Assembly: GCA_051439605.1 (NCBI GenBank)
Contig: JBFRWN010000044.1
Location: 32,001-96,000 of the forward strand
DNA from: Synechococcus sp.
Lineage (GTDB): Bacteria > Cyanobacteriota > Cyanobacteriia > Thermostichales > PCC-7336
Direction: 5' to 3'
DNA: 64,000 nt
Shown: piece after piece, positions 59,245 to 64,000 of the stretch
Layout: each line of letters starts with the position of its first letter
Position numbering within the stretch: the stretch's first letter is position 1
The notes under the pieces: model-generated
What the model saw: the letters and a program-made list of their open reading frames with translations, nothing else
Databases searched by the model: none
What the model was told of the DNA's origin: nothing
Position numbers and translations under genes: made by a program

Positions 59245-60459
59245 TTGGTCGGTATCCTCCCCACGCAATCCGTTACCCCCAACCTGCGACCCTGCGTGCA
59301 ACAGTTGCACCCCAAGCTGGTCGGCTGGAGAAGACATTTGCACCAGTATCCCGAGTTGGGGTTCGAGGAGCACAAGACTTCTGATTTTATCGGCAATCGG
59401 CTTGCGGAGTGGGGCATCGAGCACGAGACGGGGATTGCAGAAACCGGCATTGTCGCCATCGTCCATGGAGCGTTGGCGGGGCCAACCATTGCGTTGCGGG
59501 CGGATATGGATGCCTTACCAATCACGGAAGACAACGAAGTGGGGTACCGCTCTCGCCACGAAGGTCAGATGCATGCCTGCGGTCATGACGGCCACACGGC
59601 GATCGCGTTAGGAACCGCGCTGCTCCTGCATCGGCATCGGTCCCAGCTAAAGGGCACGGTCAAAATTCTCTTTCAACCGGCGGAGGAGCGCCCTGGGGGA
59701 GCCAAGCCCATGATCGAGGCGGGGGTGCTGCGCAACCCCGATGTGGCAGCGATGGTGGGGCTGCACCTGTGGAATAATCTGCCGTTAGGGACAGTAGGGG
59801 TGAAAGAAGGCCCTTCAATGGCCAATTCGGATGAGTTCCGCATCGATATTTTTGGCAAGGGGGGGCACGGCGCTATTCCCCATCAGACGGTGGATGCGAT
59901 CGCCATAGGTGCACAAGTGGTGACGGCTCTGCACACCATCGTGTCCCGCAATGTGAATCCGCTAGAGTCAGCGGTGATCTCAATTGGAAAATTTCATGCG
60001 GGCAAAGCTTTTAACGTGATTGCCCCCAGAGCGGAGTTGTGGGGGACGGTGCGCTGTTTCTCTAAGGAGATGGCACGGTTCTTACCAAAGCGTATCGAGC
60101 AAGTGGTGGAGGGGGTTTGTCAGGCTCACGGGGCAACATACGCGCTGGATTATCATCCGCTGTACCCGGCGGTAAATAATGACGCGAACATGGCCGAATT
60201 AGTCAGGCAAAGCGCCATCTCTGTTTTGGGTGATGCTGCCAAGACGGTGCCGGAAATGACGATGGGGGGAGAGGATATGTCCTATTTCCTAGAGGAGGTG
60301 CCTGGCTGCTATTTCTTCCTCGGTTCGGCCAATTCGGAAGCGGGCCTTGATTATCCCCACCACCATCCTCGATTCGATTTTGATGAGACGGCATTGGGGA
60401 TTGGGGTGGAGATTTTCTTAAATGCCATCGAGCGCTACACCGACAGCCGATTAGTTTAG
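59245..60459 (+). CDS. M20 family amidohydrolase (N-acyl-L-amino acid amidohydrolase-like)
   Basis: Motifs RRHLHQYPELGF.E, LRADMDALP, MHACGHDGH, FQPAEE, GEDM and HHPRFDFDE. Confidence 0.95.
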   Translation: MVGILPTQSVTPNLRPCVQQLHPKLVGWRRHLHQYPELGFEEHKTSDFIGNRLAEWGIEHETGIAETGIVAIVHGALAGPTIALRADMDALPITEDNEVGYRSRHEGQMHACGHDGHTAIALGTALLLHRHRSQLKGTVKILFQPAEERPGGAKPMIEAGVLRNPDVAAMVGLHLWNNLPLGTVGVKEGPSMANSDEFRIDIFGKGGHGAIPHQTVDAIAIGAQVVTALHTIVSRNVNPLESAVISIGKFHAGKAFNVIAPRAELWGTVRCFSKEMARFLPKRIEQVVEGVCQAHGATYALDYHPLYPAVNNDANMAELVRQSAISVLGDAAKTVPEMTMGGEDMSYFLEEVPGCYFFLGSANSEAGLDYPHHHPRFDFDETALGIGVEIFLNAIERYTDSRLV

Positions 60460-60584
60460 CTCAGCCATCGACTCGAGCTCTTGTTATTGCGCTCCCAGTA
60501 CACCTTTTAGCGATTACAACTCAAGTTCAAGGACACACAAGAGTTAGAGACACTGCATTCGCGAGAGGCTAGATCGAAATCAAT

Positions 60585-61166
60585 ATGCTCCAGTGGGATA
60601 TCAAAACCATCGTGCGTGGCTATGCCAGCGGTTATTTCCTGATGGACGATGGCGAGGGTACTTTAAATTGGTACGGCACCCCGGAAGAACGGACTCTGAT
60701 TCCTCTGGACGATCGCTTTCGCTATCCCCGCTCCCTCCGTCGTGTCCTCAACCGGCAACAATTTCAAGTGCAGATTAACTGCGCCTTTGAAGAGGTTATC
60801 GCGGGTTGCGCCGATCGCGACGAAACCTGGATTAGTTCTGAACTGGCAGATATCTATCGGGAACTACACCGAGATGGCTGGGCACATAGTTTTGAAACAT
60901 GGGCAGGCGATAGTCTGGCGGGCGGCATATTGGGCATTTCAATAGGAGGAGCTTTTATTGGGGAATCCATGTTTTTTGCCATCCCCGATGGGTCAAAGGT
61001 GGCTATGGTGAAATTGGTGGAACATCTTCGCGCTCGCGGATTCCAGCTCTTCGACGCCCAACTGAGCAACCCCCACCTAAGCCGGTTTGGGTCGATAGCA
61101 GTCAGTCAGGATATATATATGCAAAACCTGCAAGAAGCCATTCGGCTACCCTGCAGGTTCACTTGA
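60585..61166 (+). CDS. aat: Leucyl/phenylalanyl-tRNA--protein transferase
   Basis: Motifs [29 protein letters not shown] and LFDAQ..NPHL..FG. Confidence 0.95.
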   Translation: MLQWDIKTIVRGYASGYFLMDDGEGTLNWYGTPEERTLIPLDDRFRYPRSLRRVLNRQQFQVQINCAFEEVIAGCADRDETWISSELADIYRELHRDGWAHSFETWAGDSLAGGILGISIGGAFIGESMFFAIPDGSKVAMVKLVEHLRARGFQLFDAQLSNPHLSRFGSIAVSQDIYMQNLQEAIRLPCRFT

Positions 61167-61175
61167 TTCAAGTCT

Positions 61176-61718
61176 TTAGTCCTCTGCCTGTTGCGGGTGT
61201 TTTCCCTGCCTATGTTCCCGCCATTGTTGAAACATAATGGCGACGTTAAAGCGAAACTCGGACAGTCCAATCAGACCGCCCTCCCTATCGGGTTCCCAGG
61301 AAGCTGATAACACCCCGTAGCTTAGCCCCACGAATCCCAATCCGAATAGAGAGAGGGTCTCGACATAAGTGAGCCAGGTAGGTAATTCAACGATGTGTTT
61401 GACCAACAGAAAATAGTTGATGAAAAACGCGCTCATGCCCAATGTGGTGGGAACACCCGCCAACCAGACAGCACGACGAAGCATGCGCTTGCTGACCTCT
61501 GGAGGAATGTAGTTAGATGCCGTGGCTTCTGCTTCAGCGCGATCGGTGCTGGTCTGTGAAGCAGTCCCACCAGCCTGTTTTTCAGCAGAGGGAGTAACCT
61601 CAGAAGCTACATCAGGTGCGCTGCCGGACTGTTGGCTGACCTCAAAGGGAAGGGGCTTAGAGTTTTTACGAAGACCTTGAGAGCCCTTAGACTTTTTTTT
61701 GGATTTCCTCCGTGCCAT
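61176..61718 (-). CDS. pam68: PAM68 family photosystem II assembly factor
   Basis: Motifs IPPEVS.RM.RR...G.PT and FGLG..GLSYGVLSASW. Lies downstream of rpsO as in other cyanobacteria. Confidence 0.92.
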   Translation of the reverse strand: MARRKSKKKSKGSQGLRKNSKPLPFEVSQQSGSAPDVASEVTPSAEKQAGGTASQTSTDRAEAEATASNYIPPEVSKRMLRRAVWLAGVPTTLGMSAFFINYFLLVKHIVELPTWLTYVETLSLFGLGFVGLSYGVLSASWEPDREGGLIGLSEFRFNVAIMFQQWREHRQGKHPQQAED

Positions 61719-61722
61719 GTAT

Positions 61723-61998
61723 CTATTTTCTGACGCGGATGTTGAGGCGCTTGGTCAGTTCGAAGAAGCGCTCGGGACTTTCGTTTTGGATAAAACCCAG
61801 TAGGCGCTTACGCTTACCAATGATGGTCATGAGACCGCGACGGGAGGCGTAGTCTTTGGGGTTTGCCTGCAGGTGCTTGGTCAGCTGGTTGATGCGTTCG
61901 GTCAGCATCGCTACCTGCACCTCAACAGAGCCGGTGTCGGTCTCGTGTTTTTGGTACTCGGAGATCAGTTCTTGCTTGCGCTCTTGCAACAATGCCAT
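61723..61998 (-). CDS. rpsO: 30S ribosomal protein S15
   Basis: Motifs DTGSVEVQVAMLT.RI..LT.HL..NPKD and SRRGL...IGKRKRLL. Confidence 0.98.
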   Translation of the reverse strand: MALLQERKQELISEYQKHETDTGSVEVQVAMLTERINQLTKHLQANPKDYASRRGLMTIIGKRKRLLGFIQNESPERFFELTKRLNIRVRK

Positions 61999-62137
61999 GG
62001 GGTTTTGTCAGTTTTAATGCAAAGACTATGCTATCACTCACTTCACTATCTTTTGCAATGAATTTTGTGGAGGATAGTGCTTGAAGGAGAGGGACATCTT
62101 GTAAAACCTGTGTTGCCTTAAGCCTACCAACAGCGCA

Positions 62138-62758
62138 TCAATATTCTCGGTCCTCCACCCAGACTCCCACTAGTGCAGCGTTACCTCGACGATCGACCTT
62201 TACCTCAGCAAGTGTTGCCTCTTGATGTTGGCGAATATCCTCCTCCAGTGCATCTCCGATCGCCTCTGGAATAAAGTACTGCCCCAAACCTGCATCTATC
62301 CACACCCTTGAACTGTGGAAGCTTAGCTTGCTTGCCAATATTTGTTGGTGCTTGTCAAGATCTTGGGGGAGACGATAGGCAACTCTGACCGCGTCCCAAG
62401 CGGAGACGGCACGGGTTGTTGCATTGCTGTCTCTTTCTCCAGTCTCGATCGCACGCTTCTCCATAATTAGATAGATACGGTCAGGAAGTTCTCCATAGGT
62501 TTCCTCAAGCTGCTCTTTGGATAGGTAGCCGGGCAAGTCGGCGATTTCTGAGGACTGTTCTACTGCGTATTCGAGGGTGACGTAGCGCCCCCGTAGGATA
62601 TCGTACGGATCGACAGGGCGGGTGGCGAGATAGATACTGTTACCGGTTGCGATGGTGATGGCCTTGGGTGCCGGAATAGATAGAACGATTGCTAACTGAA
62701 AGGCAATTGCAAGGGTAAATCGCCAGGATAGGGAAATCCCAATTGCTCTGGGGTTCAT
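62138..62758 (-). CDS. GDYXXLXY domain protein
   Basis: N-terminal TM, PVDPYDILRGRYVTLEY and YFIPE. ATG at 62758 follows GGAGAAGGA. Confidence 0.85.
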   Translation of the reverse strand: MNPRAIGISLSWRFTLAIAFQLAIVLSIPAPKAITIATGNSIYLATRPVDPYDILRGRYVTLEYAVEQSSEIADLPGYLSKEQLEETYGELPDRIYLIMEKRAIETGERDSNATTRAVSAWDAVRVAYRLPQDLDKHQQILASKLSFHSSRVWIDAGLGQYFIPEAIGDALEEDIRQHQEATLAEVKVDRRGNAALVGVWVEDREY

Positions 62759-62836
62759 GGATCCTTCTCCGCATTCTTTACACAAAACATCTGAAAATGC
62801 TATTTAGCTTTAGAGGTCAACAGAGGCGTTCTCAAT

Positions 62837-64000
62837 CTACCTTTCAGGCGCGGTCTCGGTGGAGGGAGAGTGTTTGAGACTGCGCTCGAAACTGAGTCCA
62901 GCGAAGATGGTGCCCACACCGCACAGGATGAGCATGGCAGACTTCAGCAGCAGACCGGTGTCGTATTCAAAAAAGCGGCAGAGAATTTGTAGGGTTACTG
63001 CCAATAGCCCCATCCAATAGCGCCAACGAATCCCTTCCTGCAGTCCAGACCATGCCAACGTGCAACCCAGTACAAACAGCAGCAGGTTGAACAGGATCGA
63101 GGTGGGCACAGGGGGGAGCACCACATGCATCAGAATTACCACGAACAAGCTCGTTACCCCAACGACCGTATTCAGGACGTGAGTGGCGTGGGCGGTTGCT
63201 AAGCGTTGGCGATCGCGTAGGTTGAGCCACCACATCAATAGGGAGAGTAGCGTAGCTCCCCAAACAACCGTTGGGATTAACGGGATACGCAGCAGGTCAT
63301 GGGTCAAGCCAGACAAAGACCCTGAGTCAATCCAAACGTTCTGGGCTTCGTTGTAGCTGAGAATTGACAGGGCAGCCAGCAATCCAAAAATGCTGAGGAT
63401 GCGGGCGAATGGGGCAAAATCAAGCTCTAGGGAAGCATCTGGTGAAATGGTATCGGTGTTCGATTGCAGGCTGTCAGGTAGCCAGCGGGCGATCCGAGGT
63501 AGGGTTCGCTGGTGGATAAAACTGAAGGCCCACCACCCAGATGTGAGGGAGACATAGGCCAACCAATACCAATATTCCAACGCAGATGAAACTCGGCCTG
63601 CTTCCCCAAACACGGCGGAGATCGCCGAGGTATTTGTGCCCAGCAGGGCTGCTGCAAATACCCATCGGGAGCGGCACCAGTAGGCGAGTGGCAGAAAGCA
63701 TACCAGAGAAAATAGCGACGTCAGCGGCAGCAGTAAATTCAGCCCTCCCTCCCCCAGTGGGTCGCTGTAGTAGGCGACTTGGGCGATTTGAACCAGCACG
63801 ATCGCCAAGAGACCGCTCGGCGCGTGCCGCACAGTACCTGCCACTGCCAACACCCCCAATCCCCACCATAGAAACAACCCAGCAGAGGAGCCACTGACTT
63901 GCCACCATTGGGCCATCAGACCAATGCTGGCCCCCAGCATCAATTGACCGATCAGCAAGAAGGCATTGCCCAGTCGTCGATAGCCTTTCGTCTTTCCTGC
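62837..64000 (-). CDS. DUF2157-type multi-pass membrane protein (5' part lies outside the window)
   Basis: Frame is open to the window end. Motifs GASIGLMAQ, WGLGVL and RFFEYDTGLLLKS. Lies next to a GDYXXLXY gene, its usual partner. Confidence 0.82.
   Translation of the reverse strand, partial: AGKTKGYRRLGNAFLLIGQLMLGASIGLMAQWWQVSGSSAGLFLWWGLGVLAVAGTVRHAPSGLLAIVLVQIAQVAYYSDPLGEGGLNLLLPLTSLFSLVCFLPLAYWCRSRWVFAAALLGTNTSAISAVFGEAGRVSSALEYWYWLAYVSLTSGWWAFSFIHQRTLPRIARWLPDSLQSNTDTISPDASLELDFAPFARILSIFGLLAALSILSYNEAQNVWIDSGSLSGLTHDLLRIPLIPTVVWGATLLSLLMWWLNLRDRQRLATAHATHVLNTVVGVTSLFVVILMHVVLPPVPTSILFNLLLFVLGCTLAWSGLQEGIRWRYWMGLLAVTLQILCRFFEYDTGLLLKSAMLILCGVGTIFAGLSFERSLKHSPSTETAPER

Noticed and set aside
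1..64000. CRISPR arrays, cas genes, transposases, integrases, phage genes, toxin-antitoxin or restriction/defence loci, rRNA
   Set aside because: None recognised in the ORF track or by reading the intergenic DNA.

Overview
This window is ordinary, gene-dense chromosomal DNA from a cyanobacterium. The assignment rests on abundant HIP1 octamers (GCGATCGC), sasA, cp12, pam68-rpsO and an NtcA-type promoter ahead of an nrrA-like regulator. I can support about 48 protein-coding genes, one tRNA-Leu(CAG), several intrinsic terminators and two NtcA boxes. The genes cover housekeeping (ppx, purC, clpP, panB, mreBCD, rpsO, aat, UDG), envelope (BamA/Omp85, TamB, TpsA-like adhesin, glycosyltransferases, O-antigen ligase), signalling (PP2C, ABC1 kinase, SasA, NrrA, DICT/HD-GYP-like) and transport functions. 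I found no CRISPR array, transposase, integrase, prophage, rRNA or recognisable defence system, and I cannot claim a new multi-gene system with confidence. The best leads are: (1) a stand-alone small protein of five 17-aa NRP-repeats (5889-6248) with its own strong RBS and terminator; (2) a catalytically degenerate DICT + HD-GYP-like protein translationally coupled to a pentapeptide-repeat protein; (3) a GC-rich multi-hairpin REP/MITE-like element (about 46.4-46.65 kb); (4) a truncated, motif-altered LeuA-like DRE-TIM paralog; (5) a second, palindromic NtcA box in an otherwise empty 720-bp spacer. All product calls come from my recognition of protein motifs, not from database searches.
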